Assembly (NCBI GenBank): GCA_964035545.1 | Contig: OZ037771.1 | Coordinates: forward strand, 2,801,628 to 2,865,627 | Length of the DNA stretch: 64,000 nt | Source of the DNA: Bugula neritina | Taxonomy: Eukaryota; Animalia; Bryozoa | Direction: 5' to 3' | In this document: positions 40,886-53,556 of the stretch, in pieces | Layout: each line of letters opens with the position of its first letter | How positions within the stretch are numbered: the first letter of the stretch is position 1 | Notes under the pieces: generated by a model | Database searches by the model: none | Seen by the model: only the letters and a program-made list of their open reading frames with translations | Told to the model about the DNA's origin: nothing | Program-made: the position numbers and the translations under genes

Positions 40886-43182
40886 TCGTTAATAAGACGC
40901 GCACTATATGAGTAACTATCATTACATAAATATTTCGCGCGCAAAAGGGTTATAATTATTAGGCTGTCAATTCATGTTGATAGCAGTCAACTGTTGCAAT
41001 AGTCTTGGGTTACTAGCAAAGCTAATGGTTTTGAACAAATAACCCAAAAGTTTAAAAATAAGTAGCTTGCGTATTACTAGCTACAAAAACAGGTCTGAAA
41101 TAGACTGGTAAAGCAAGCTCTTATTGTAGAGTTTGCAGATGTGCTCTAAAATAAAACTTAAACTGTATGGTATTACATAAGTATTTGTATGCGAGAGATA
41201 AATGGACATTACTGAGTTTCTGGAAAACAACATACTTGAAGTTAACTTTGACAATGGTGTGTTATTTTCATCATACACTAGCACAGATAGGGCCTATAGC
41301 ATAAATCTCTAATCATATGAATCTTTATGAAGCCCACAGCTCATGTAAGGGTGGCAAATGTAATTTGAAACTAAAAATTATGTTGCTGCATTTTGTCTAA
41401 GGTATATTAGAGAGCAGAATTTGGTTTTACTAGCCTGCCCCAACGGCATTCTACAATGCAGCTTATATGCTGGCAGTTGTAATAAGTACTGCCAATAGCA
41501 AGGTTACTATCACTGCTAGCTCTGTGCAGTATGTAACCTCTTGAATAATTGCGCCAATTTTAAACTCTTGGAAGTTGGCCAAGTTATCATATCGCAGCCA
41601 GCCACCGGAGACAAAGCATCAGAGCTATTCATATAATATTATACTGATGCACTTGGTAGCAGAGTGGCTAATCTAATATAGTTCATAGTTCAACACCCTT
41701 TACTTTGGGAATACAGCCTCTTTTTTTAGGTTTACCTAACAAAGCATGAAAATATCTAAACTGATATTCTGATAATTTAGAGGTACATTTTGAAAACTAG
41801 GTTAATTGCATTTGTTTGCACAACAACAATAATAAAATAGATATTATGCAATATAATAAAAACACACATAATACTATATAATATATTATAATGATAATAA
41901 TAGAGTATTATAAGTACCATTACTGCATTTTATAAATCACATGGTTGCCAAAAAAATGTATCACAAATTTTGTAATTATACATCAAAAATAGAACTAGCT
42001 AGGCAGCGGGTTAGAATAAAGTAAATTTTTAAAACATGAAATCATGATTTGACTATTGTTTTATTTAGGCCAACCAACCTAGGAATACAAGATTGGGTTT
42101 TAGCTGACAGTTTATAACATTTAGCTTTTGAGCCAGCAGCACTGGCACTTGTGAAGTATAGGCAAAGTTAGTGAAGCGAGACTAACAAGCACTCAAATAC
42201 AAGGCATATTGAGACACAATAACAAGTCAGGAGCGTATAAATTGAAAAGAATGTGGAAGGGGGACTATGTTTTTCAACAAGCTATAACTTAAACATGAAT
42301 TGGCTTTTGAAAAAAATAAAAAAGTATATTGGAGAACATAAGTTTCTTTATCTTTTCATATTTTTTTTGTTCCTGTGACATTCAACCTGTTCGAGCTATC
42401 AGTGGAACATTGTTCATATAGAACATAAAGCACCTGGCAAAGAGCCAGAAAATGAAAAGTATGACCTTAAACCAACTGTGTAATAATATTTAAAAATTAT
42501 TAAAGCTAGTTTCCATAAATATTCAAAATGATTTTTAAGGCTGTATTTTTTGAGGCTATAAATATCTTCTCTGCATTGAGAGTATATGTACGACTTTATG
42601 CACAATGAAATAGAGGTAGAGAATAACAGATTATTAGTTATAGATAACTTGTCACTCAACAGCATCTAAAGCTTGAGATAATAATGTAGGTTACTGGTAG
42701 GATGTGTAAGTTAATTATATAACTTTTACTTTGTATGCTGAAGCATTGTGAATATGAATAGAGAACAAATTAGCAAAGCACATGCCTCCTTAAATGGTAT
42801 TTAAAGCAGTATATGACATACTTGTTTTTAAATTAACCACAAATTTGCCATTCTAACCCATTATGTGCCATTCTGTAGGAGTTGTCTTATTATTTACTCT
42901 TGATATGAGTTGATAGACATGCCTTTAACAGTCTATAATCAATAAACATTACAATAACTGGGGCGAGGCGCCAATGTACCTATAGAGGTGCTAAATTTAC
43001 GCCCTTGCCAAACATCATTGTTACAGAAACAATAAAAAAATCTATATCTGTTGCAGCATGATAATAATATAAACAATATAATGGTGTATATAATAAAACA
43101 ATATTTTCCATTGATCTACACCACAAGGTGGAGATGTGTGACAATAAAGTGATGGTGACTTTGCAAAGTAAAACCTGGATAA

Positions 43183-46056
43183 ATGTTTTTATCAATCCAT
43201 GCTGGAATGCCACATACTTGGTAAGTTTCTCTAATTATTATGTTGTACTGTATTAGTATATACTTTGTCAATGGTGATACCTGTATCTTGTGTAGATCTG
43301 TACATTAATTGTGTAATACTTTCTTCTTAATGCAGGTATATTTTGCTGCTGTTCCACATATGCTCGCTCGCCTGGTGCAGTGAGCAGCAAAAAGCTCGGT
43401 CTCGAGTCAAGTCCATTGGCTTGCTGACCAGAAAGTCTGTAGCAGGTCCAAGGTTTATGGTAAACATCCACAATCTTGGTGAAGATGCATCCAATACTTC
43501 TGACTCATTCATAGTTGAGACTGACAGACGAATTAATAATGAATGCAATGGAAGAGTTACCAAGTTGCTTGGTGCTGAACAAAGCAGTTCGGCGGAATTC
43601 AGGAAGCGTATTCTTCTGTGTCGTCACGAACAGTTGAGAGTTGAGGTGAAGAATAACAGAAAGTATGAACGGATTTTAACTCCGATAGACTCAGTTTATA
43701 GCAAAGTTTTAAACCCATATAAGAAGGAATACGGGGTGGTCACAGTGAACCCCCATAACTTCAAATTCATCCTCCAACCAAAACCGTGCAGAAAAGATGA
43801 GATTATACTAGTGACAGTGCACAGTGCCACTGAGGTAATGTTCATTCATTAAATCAGTTTATATAAAAATATTTCAAGAGGTTCATGATGTCTTTCACAA
43901 TTCAACACATCAGCGTTACTATCTTCCTTTAGGCTGGGCTCTTCATTGTATAATTATCTAGCGAAAAGTTTGTATAGGAGCCTAAAGCAGGTTTTAAGGC
44001 AAGCTTTAGCATTTTAGAAACAAAATGTGCGCTGATCTTTATTGTGCTAGCACTGGCGATGACTTTCTGTACTCATATGGGAGTTGCATCCTCATTGTAG
44101 GGTATGTTTTTTCTGTTTTAGAATGCTCGTAACAGAGCCGCCTTGAGAAATACCTGGGCTAACCCTAAGATATTTCAGAAGTATTTACCCCCAGGCTACA
44201 AGTCTAAACTGATATTTATTTTGGGTCTTCCAAACACTTATAGAGTTCAGATGTTGATCAATTATGAACAAGAAATGTACAGAGATTTGGTGCAAGTGAA
44301 CTTTATGGATACTTACCGTAACAACACCTACAAAGCTATATATAATATGAAGTAAGTACATCATAATAATACGTACAAAGCTAATATATTATGTAATATG
44401 AAGTATATAACAACAATGAATATAAAACTGCAATATATTACAACATGTACTAAAAACTTTTAAAAAAAATATTTTTTTGTCATGCAATATTTTTAATAAA
44501 CTTTTCAAGCCCATGTGTTTGGCCATTGACACGGCTAAAAATAGCAACATTATGAAACATTCTGTTCAATAATAGATAATTAATTAGCAGTTGACTATTT
44601 TATATCTATATGTTTACGCAACTTGCAACTGGTTACTAATAGGACTATTTTAAGCTAAATTCTAGAGATATTTAAAGTTAATTAGTCTATTATTCACACC
44701 TTGCATGACATGACGTTGTGTATACAGACCTTTGTTGCTCTTTTAGATGGGCCTCAGACTACTCTGGATGCCCCAAAGCTAAACTGATCCTCAAAGTTGA
44801 CGATGACATCATGATCAATCTGAAGCGCTTCTATTTCTTCTGGAATGAGTTCACTGCTCAGCTTGGGGATGTTTTCGGTTCTCCGTCTCCGTTTATTGCA
44901 GGTTTCAACATCTTCCTTTGAATAGTTGAACAACTTTTGAGTGCTGCTAAATTCATAGTAAAGCTGATGATTTGGTTGTAAATAAAATAGGAATTCATCA
45001 TATTTCAAAACAGGAACTATTCCTTATAATAAACTTATTGTTAAATACAATTTGGTGAGTTTTATAAAAACATAAAATTACCATGAAGATTTTATTGCAA
45101 ATGAGTGTATAATAAAAACATGCCCAATATAATTGAACATATAAGTTTGATTGTTGATCTTTTAACTAAGAGCTTACACAGATTAAAAACTGATATTAAT
45201 TAACAAAATATTTGGGAGCTCCTGATATTTAAAAGAATAGCAAATTCATTAATTCGCTAAAGACATTTTCTGGCAATTAGCCAGGCGACTTAGAATTTTA
45301 AAATATATTTAAATTAACTGCGTGAATATGTTGTAGGAAACCAGTTTCAAAGTGGTCCAATGAGAGACCCCAACACCAAATGGTATCTCTCTAAAAAGGA
45401 GTATAAATTTGACAGTTTCCCCATTTGGTTCCAGGGGTTGGCATACATGCTGTCTCCATCCCTGGCTAAAGAAATATACAAATTATCTTTCACAACTCCA
45501 TACCTGTTTACAGGTATTGCTATTATATCACCCTATTCTAATTATAGTTTATATTAATACTGCAATATTAAGCAATCACCCAGTTTTACTTTATATGTAA
45601 CTACAATATGTATAGAGCTGCGATTTGAGATATTATGTATGATTACAATATTATGCAAAGTTACTAATAACAACCAGCTATCAACTATGTATAGGTTTAC
45701 CCATAATATAATTTCTTTAACAATTCAGCACATTGAAATTTGTAGCAACACATTATCACTCTTTTATTATTTCCAAAATCTAAAAAAATAATTTAAGATA
45801 TAAACAAAAAACGTGTCTAGTGCTGTTTACGCCGATTTTGTCTCAAACAGATGATGTCTACGTTGGGATGGTTGCTGACAGAGTGGACAATGTCTATAGA
45901 TATCCGCTCAATGAGTTCTACAGTATAGAGTATGGAGACACCGACTTGAACATTGCCAGTTGGCAGGTGGACAAAGTTGTGTTCTACCACAACCCGTATA
46001 TTCATGACATGTACACCCTGTGGAGTATAGATTGTGACTTCTCTGCTTGCAGTTAA
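43183..46056 (+). CDS. GT31-family beta-1,3-galactosyltransferase/GlcNAc-transferase-like protein, paralogue 1
   Basis: Exons 43183(or ATG 43207)-43220, 43336-43834, 44122-44351, 44747-44901, 45337-45513, 45851-46056; phases join. GT31 motifs: LVTVHS..NRAALRNTW, FILG, EQEMYRDLVQVNFMDTYRNNTYK, LKVDDDI (DxD), PMRDPNTKWY, TDDVYVG. Confidence 0.9.
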
Positions 46057-48657
46057 CTGGAATAATCTACATTGCAAGCTAGCGTCTAATATTTAAAGAA
46101 GACAACTTCTAGTAACTCCAAAAATTAAATAACTTTTAATATTCGGGGGACAACTTCTTCTGATTTCAAAAGAAAATTAATTTACAACGATATTTAGAGT
46201 TATGCTACCTGTAGACACTAGCTTTCAATACTATGCTATAGCACCTGTAGTGATGCATATCTAAGCACTTGTGTGGTTTGATATCCAAGTTTACTGCTGA
46301 CAGATGTATGACAGCTAGTGAAAGTGCTTTGCTTCGTATGGATCCAATAAGAGATTTTTTGTACCGTCTTTGAAAAATATGAACCATGGTTTTAATATTC
46401 GAAATAATTTGTTATGTAAGTTAGGTTTTGCCAACAACCAAAAATAGATGGTTTGAATTACATACTCCGTTAACTTTTTCTTAAAGATGTGAGTGAATGA
46501 CAGGGTTTGGTGTTTGGTGTAGTTTTTGATTGTTTTATAGCTTCATTATTGGCTTCATGTTATAAAAATTTTGTATATCTACTAATTTTATTTTCAATGT
46601 AGAACCTATGTGTATAAGTTAAGATACTATGTTACAAAGATATAATGTATAAGAGCTAAGATTATGTGCTATTTATAAAGTGTACAATATTTTTTGCAGA
46701 GTAGATACTGTTGCTGCCGCCGATACAATAGGACTGTGGTTATACAATAATGCTGTTTTGTTAATGTTTTCAGTGTTAGTTATAGTTAGTGTTTAGTGTT
46801 TGTTGAATAAAGTCAGTTATGAATGACAAGATAACCATTTGAAGTGCAAGTTTGTGCCAGTGTTAAAGTGCTAGCATGAGATTAGTAAGGTAATCAAAAA
46901 GATGTTAGTGTAGAATATTATGTCCGTTAGCCCAAATATTTAAATCACAGTATATATCTATAACACATCATATAAAGATGAATTATAGAATGTAGCGTTT
47001 GAAGTCGATAGACTTATTGCTTGAATATGACTGAAAAACCAAAAATTGTAAATCAAGATACATTGAATGCTGCAATCAATCGTATAGAAAATGCTTCCAA
47101 GTGAAAATACACTAATTAATGTAATTTACCAAATACATATGATTTTAGTTTTGAATCTTGAAAATACGAAATAGCGTTGATGTATTTAATAGATTTTGGT
47201 TTCATACAGTAATTGATAACATTACATGCCATATCTATGTGTTAATTTTGCACAAACTTTGTGCCTGGAGTTTGAAGAAATTTTAAGTTTTATTTTATTT
47301 TTGAATTCATTTAATTATTTTCTTTTTTTAATTTGAGGAATCACATCTAAACTGTTGTATCTATACAGTTATGTTAATTGTCAGCTGTTGAGGTATAGAT
47401 ATTACTCACCATTGTGTCAAACCCTATAAGAGAGAACATCTAATTGGCTTACCCTATAAGAGAGAGAGAGTCTTAGGCTTATCCATATTATATGCTGGTT
47501 ATATCTATAGTACTAAACAGCTATACAGCTATATGCTATATGCTCAGCTCTAAAGCTTTGTCTAACACTTTACCATATATCTACATATAATATAGTAGAC
47601 CACAACTATATACATAAACAGCAATATGTGACTACAATCATCACAGCAAAATTTAATATTAGTTTGGTTTTATTATTGTCAGATGTTTTTATTATTGCTG
47701 GATAATTTACTTTATAGTATTATTAAATAAATTGAACAAATTGATAGACAAAACCTGCAATTTTTTATTCTTTGGGGAAAGTAATTCTCAAGTTGTCCAC
47801 CTTCCCCAGAGGCTAAATGTTACTATCACACGTAATATGGGACTATGGAAGCATACAGATGAAGGTCATGGAACAAATAGATATAGCACTAAGTCAAACT
47901 ATATAAGCAGCAGTTATTGAGCAGAGAAATACTTCATGATAAGTTGGCTAGATTTCTTTTATCATTAAATAAGTATTTAAATGGTGTATTTCTTACATTT
48001 GTTTTTATTTTCTATTATTTTTGTTGGACGGTATTTTTTACATGTTCAGAGTTTCAAGTCTGAAGACTCTCACTATATACTGATGAGCTCTGATCAATAA
48101 CTTATTATTTTGTCATAAACTGCTTTAGTTTAGCTCAGTTTGTAAATTAACTTGTTATAATTATACTAATATATATATTGATCAATTTGATATGGCCCTT
48201 GTTAGATTTAGCCAATTATATCTGAATACACACATGTGCATAGCCAATTGAGATTAGTTTTGTAATGTTAGTATTTAGGACACATTGGCTGTTGTATATA
48301 AATTAATTATGTTTACAAGCTAATCCTTACAAAACATGTCAATATTCGTGTGTGCTGCATGCATTCAGCTTCTCTCACTGTTGACCTATGTATGTACGCA
48401 TCATGACAGAAATTAAGAACAAAACAAGATTTGAGACGCTCATCAGCCCTCATTGATTTTGTGACAACTAAATTTAGCATGTGACGCGAGCAGAGCAAAA
48501 CAATGTTCAATGATTAAATGAGACAATGGAGGAGTGGTACAGGTGATTAGCGAAGTATAATTATTATTATCAATCAATATATTAAGTACGCACCACGTGT
48601 AGGCCATTCCAATTATGTCATACTCAATGCCCTGTAATGCAGGTGAGCGCAAGTACT

Positions 48658-50566
48658 ATGGTGATCAGGTAAGAATAAGTTAATAAACTCAACTGGCAAA
48701 TGGTAGGATTTTGGTATACTGTAATAGATAGATGTATATTTATTGAGACTGTGGCAACATTGCTAGCACAAAAAAGATTGTTTTGCTATTATAGATACTT
48801 TAACATGCCATCCTAAAATATTATTTAATATCCTCAGATATTATTTAATAGTCTTTGGGTCAACTACATAATTAAGTTATGATTATTTCTGAGTTAAATA
48901 AAAATTTCTCTTTTACCATAACTGGGACATGAAGTTTTAAAGAACTGTATTTTAACTGTTTTAACGATCCTTGAATTACTTTCTTTTGTATTAGAATAAA
49001 ACAATAATTAATAATTCAACTTGATAAACATTTTTCTTAAGTTTAGATTGGCCTCAAACAGTGAGTATTTGTTTTGTTATTACTGCTATGTTTTATTGAT
49101 ATATTCCTGGATGAATGCGCAAAATATTGTCATGTTTCATTCAGATATGTATATTATATATACATACAATACACATGTTTATTACGTGTATATATATGTG
49201 AAGTGTTGTAATTTTCCATCCAGGTGTGTAGCATTACTGCTGACCTCATCATATCTCATCACCATGGTTACGGCAGCTTCCACACACCAAGTTGCTCGAT
49301 CTAGCGTCAGAGCAGTTGAGATGATAGCTAACGATGTTCAAGGGAAAAAAGTAAGAATTAGTATGAAAAGTCTTGGAATATCCACCAACGAAGACAAACT
49401 TAGTGCTGAAGACCAACAGAAAAATGCCGATGCTAAACGTCGCTGTTATCAGCGAACTGAAATGATATTAGGAAAAGAAGCAAAGAAAAACAAAGAATTT
49501 AAAATGCATTTATTGACTTGCGAATATCAAGAAATGCATGCAATGATGAAACAAGAAAAAGTGGAATACGAGAAATCTCTACGAGAGGGATCAGCTTTGA
49601 ACATTACGAATCCATATAAGAAGGAATACGGGTACGTCACAGTGAACCCCCATAACTTTACATTCATTTCACAGCCAGAACCCTGCAGAGGAAATGATAC
49701 TATGCTGGTGACAGTACACAGTGCCACTCAGGTAAATACACTGCAGTATATTATCTTATGGCACTACATTCATGCCATGCTATGTAAGATGCCACTTTAT
49801 ATATTGTCTTGAAGTGTCAATTCCTTCATTACAAATTCATTATAGATTTTGAAAGGAAAGGTATGCAATAACATGCTTTAGAGTTTAGACAAACTAAGAT
49901 TATCGTTAGATTTCCTCTCTTGCCGTAAGCTCTAAATTGCTGTGAGTTATCTCATGTAGAGACATTTTAAGTGATAAAAGTAACTTGACTGCAAATGCTT
50001 TACTAAATGGTATCACGAGGACAACTGAACGGAACATATTTTTAGTATATGCTCTTGTTTTGCCAACTTTATAGCTCTAGGAGATTGAATTTACTGATTT
50101 TTTGTTATAATTTTTATTTTAAGCCAAATTTACTGTGAAATATGAAAACAACAATTGTATAATATACAATACATATACAATATTGGTACCTGGGTTGCTA
50201 GCTTAAAGATAACAAATGGTGCAGTAATAATATAAGTAGGTTGCCATCAAAAGGACGATTGCCATGGTTACATGATTTGTTTTAATATTGTAGTACTGGC
50301 ACAAAAGGGAGACCATTAGACAAACTTGGGGCAATCCCCTAATCTTTAGAGATTTCCTTCCCTCTTCCTATAAAGTAAAATTAGTGTTCGTACTTGGATT
50401 ACCCGAGAATAGTACAGAACAGCTGCATATAGATTACGAGAATGAAAAATACAGAGATATTCTTCAGATGAACTTCAAAGATCATTACTACAATAACACA
50501 TACAAAGCTATATATAATATGAAGTAAGTACAGCATGATAACACATACAGAACTGAATATAATGTG

Positions 50567-50664
<98 letters not shown>

Positions 50665-52028
50665 CTATATATAGTGTAATATGAAGCAAGTACATGATGA
50701 CAACACGACTACAAAGCTATAAATGATATAAAATATAAATCTAAATTTCCTATACTTGTACATATTGAATGTGACACATCACCAATATAAATATATAACA
50801 TACGATATAAGCCATTTACACGAATTTACAGATGGATATCTGAAGGTTGCCCAAATGCCAAGCTAGTCATTAAAACGGACGATGATATTTCATTAAACTT
50901 GCGGAAGTTCCCAAACTTCTTGAAGAATTTTACAACTCAACTTGGAGAGAATTTTCATTCCGATGCTTTTTTTATTGGAGGTAAAAAGATCTGGTTATCT
51001 TGCAAACACAACTGTGATTAACTCATTACTTGTTGAAAATTTTATCTGCAGAATGTGTGTATGTTCACCTTCCCCTCCCCCCCAAAAAAACATTTTAGTT
51101 TGGTACATAATTAATTACTTGTAAACTTTTACAACTGTTATAATTATAAGGAAATGTTGCAACTGTTTCACATATAGAGAGGTTGCTAGTTCATATACTC
51201 ATAATTGAACAAGAGCACTTGTATAGAATACCTTCTTTTTATTGCAGAGCTATTATTTAAATTAAACCACAAAGCAAGATATTAAATTATCCTAAAATCT
51301 CTTGAGAACTTTTGTTATAGGTCACCAGTTCGAAGGTGGTCCCCCCAGAAACCCCGCCTCCAAGTGGTACTTGCCATATAAGGTATACAAGTACGACACG
51401 TTTCCAAAATGGTTCCAAGGAATGGTCTATTTTCTGTCACCTCGTTTAGCTAAAGAAATATACAAGTTATCATTCACTACGCCCTACATTTTTACAGGTA
51501 GGTTGGGAAAAACTCTTACCTTACCCTCCATTTGTTGCATTTAAACAAAATAGAAATAATATGTAATAATTATTTTTCACAGTAATATACAAGCTTGGAC
51601 TTCGAAAGTAATTTATTTTATGAAAAACTGGCATTATACTAACTAGTCCTGTACAGTTAGCTGCATTATCATATGTTAGTCAATAAACAAAATATAAAGT
51701 GTAAAAGCATACCATGTACTAAAGGATTCCGGTATGAAACTAGTTGCTACAATAGAAAAGAATCAAAATATAAACAAGCATATATACTGATTTTTTAATT
51801 TATTTTTTGTTCTTGCTTCTAGATGACGTTTATGTAGGAATCATAGCAGATCGTGTGAAGGCTATTAATAGATATGACCTTTCCCCATTCTACAGCTTTG
51901 TGTACGATCCTCTGCACACAAAGCAGCTGAGCTGGAGGTTCGACCCTTTAGTTTTCTATCACAATCTCAACCTTTACGAGGCGTACACCCTGTGGTTTGC
52001 ACAGTGCTCACACATATCATGTGTGTAG
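48658..52028 (+). CDS. GT31-family beta-1,3-galactosyltransferase/GlcNAc-transferase-like protein, paralogue 2 (tandem duplicate)
   Basis: Exons 48658-48668 (ATGGTGATCAG|gtaag), 49224-49731, 50294-50523, 50832-50980, 51321-51497, 51823-52028; same intron positions and phases as paralogue 1. Motifs KRETIRQTWG, FKDHYYNNTYK, IKTDDDI, PPRNPASKWY, TDDVYVG. Confidence 0.9.
50570..50660. repeat. (AT)n microsatellite, about 45 units
   Basis: Pure AT run in GT31 paralogue 2 intron 3. Confidence 0.97.
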
Positions 52029-53556
52029 TAGTTAGGATACTCAGGCAATATTCAAAGCCTTAGCAAATTTTCAGCAAATGCACACAGCTTGTTATGCTAT
52101 GCAAGATTGAGGGCTTAGGTTACACTGATATTTGATTTAGTTTTCATACATATTTTATTTGCTAGAATGTTCTTCGTTCCTTAGCAATCTTTACCCACCT
52201 AGGTATGTAATATTTTATTCTGATTTTTTAACAAATGTCTATTTTTACTCACATAGAACAATAGCCTACTTTTCTCTCTTTCCAGCCTTTTGGCTTTATC
52301 TTTACTAGACTGCAGTCACTGGCTGTTGACAAATCCTGATGACGTAAATTTTTTGTAATGGTGCTACCAGAACCCCCCCATCTTAATTATCAAACATAAA
52401 TAACAAGGCTATATAATTTCTAAGTTATACTTACTAGCCTATATTCTACTTTTGGTAGAAGCCCTGTATTACTTTTGCTAGTCTCATTATTTGAATCTGT
52501 TTAAATATTCATGATAGGGCAACTTTTTGTACTGAAATTGTTATTAACTTTTATTTGCTAGACTCCATGTCTATAAAATACATGCAGATTGTTAAAACTT
52601 ATTAATCTATAGAATATTTTGTACTATATACTTATTTCATAGTTAAAGTTATACTTACTGGCAGATAGGAGTTAGTTTCACAGCTGAACAACAGTGTTGG
52701 CGAGGAGATAACTCTATAGGACTCTAAACTTGTTTTCATCTTACATATCGACACAAACCATTATGCTTTACTAAAACTATGAATATTGTCATCATAACAC
52801 CAGTCCGAAAACTTTTAACAACCCGTTACATAGAAAGAATAACAGAGCTAAGTAACAAATAAAATATTTTATTTCATAAAATACTTGTTAAAAAGCACAA
52901 AATAGCTTGTGCACATTGTATAATAGAGATGGTAGACAGTTGCATAGAATGCAAAAAAAACTGAATAACATTTAAAGGAGGCCACCATAAACAGAGCCAA
53001 ATATTAATTTGCTTATAACTAAAAAATATATATATGTATAAGAACAGCGGCAGTGGCCTTTGTCAGGGGTGTTAAAAACTTTACAGCGATTACTCATATG
53101 GCATACAAAGTTATGTAACAACTAATTTGTAGCAAATAATTAATATGATATTCAGGGTAGTTATAAATAACTATATGGCACTAGGCAACCTAAACTGGGA
53201 AGCTACCACCAATACTGCTATTTTACAAATAAAATAATCTTTTATATAAAATTTTTAATAAAAATAAATGTGTTAAATAATATACAGCAATTGTATGAGG
53301 GAGGGGAAGTTGCAAGGTGGTTGTGTGTGAATAAGTGTAGGATATCAAACTAGAATATAATATAGAAAAGTTAAATACAGAGTTTGAGCCAATTGGATTC
53401 TTCGATGTACAATGAGAAGTGCCTGATGAAGCACTGACTAACACATAATAGAAAAATACTAATTTATACTAATTTATACGTGCATAGACTAAAGATATAC
53501 ATAGGGGCTAATACTATCACAGTTGGGATGCCTATATAGCCAGGGTATCATGATAT

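Noticed and set aside
45851-45870. DDVYVG instead of EDVYVG as a sign of inactive GT31 enzymes
   Set aside because: DDV is a common variant in invertebrate GT31 proteins such as brainiac, and the DxD motif is intact.
50399-50695. YIYIYI ORF
   Set aside because: (AT)n microsatellite.
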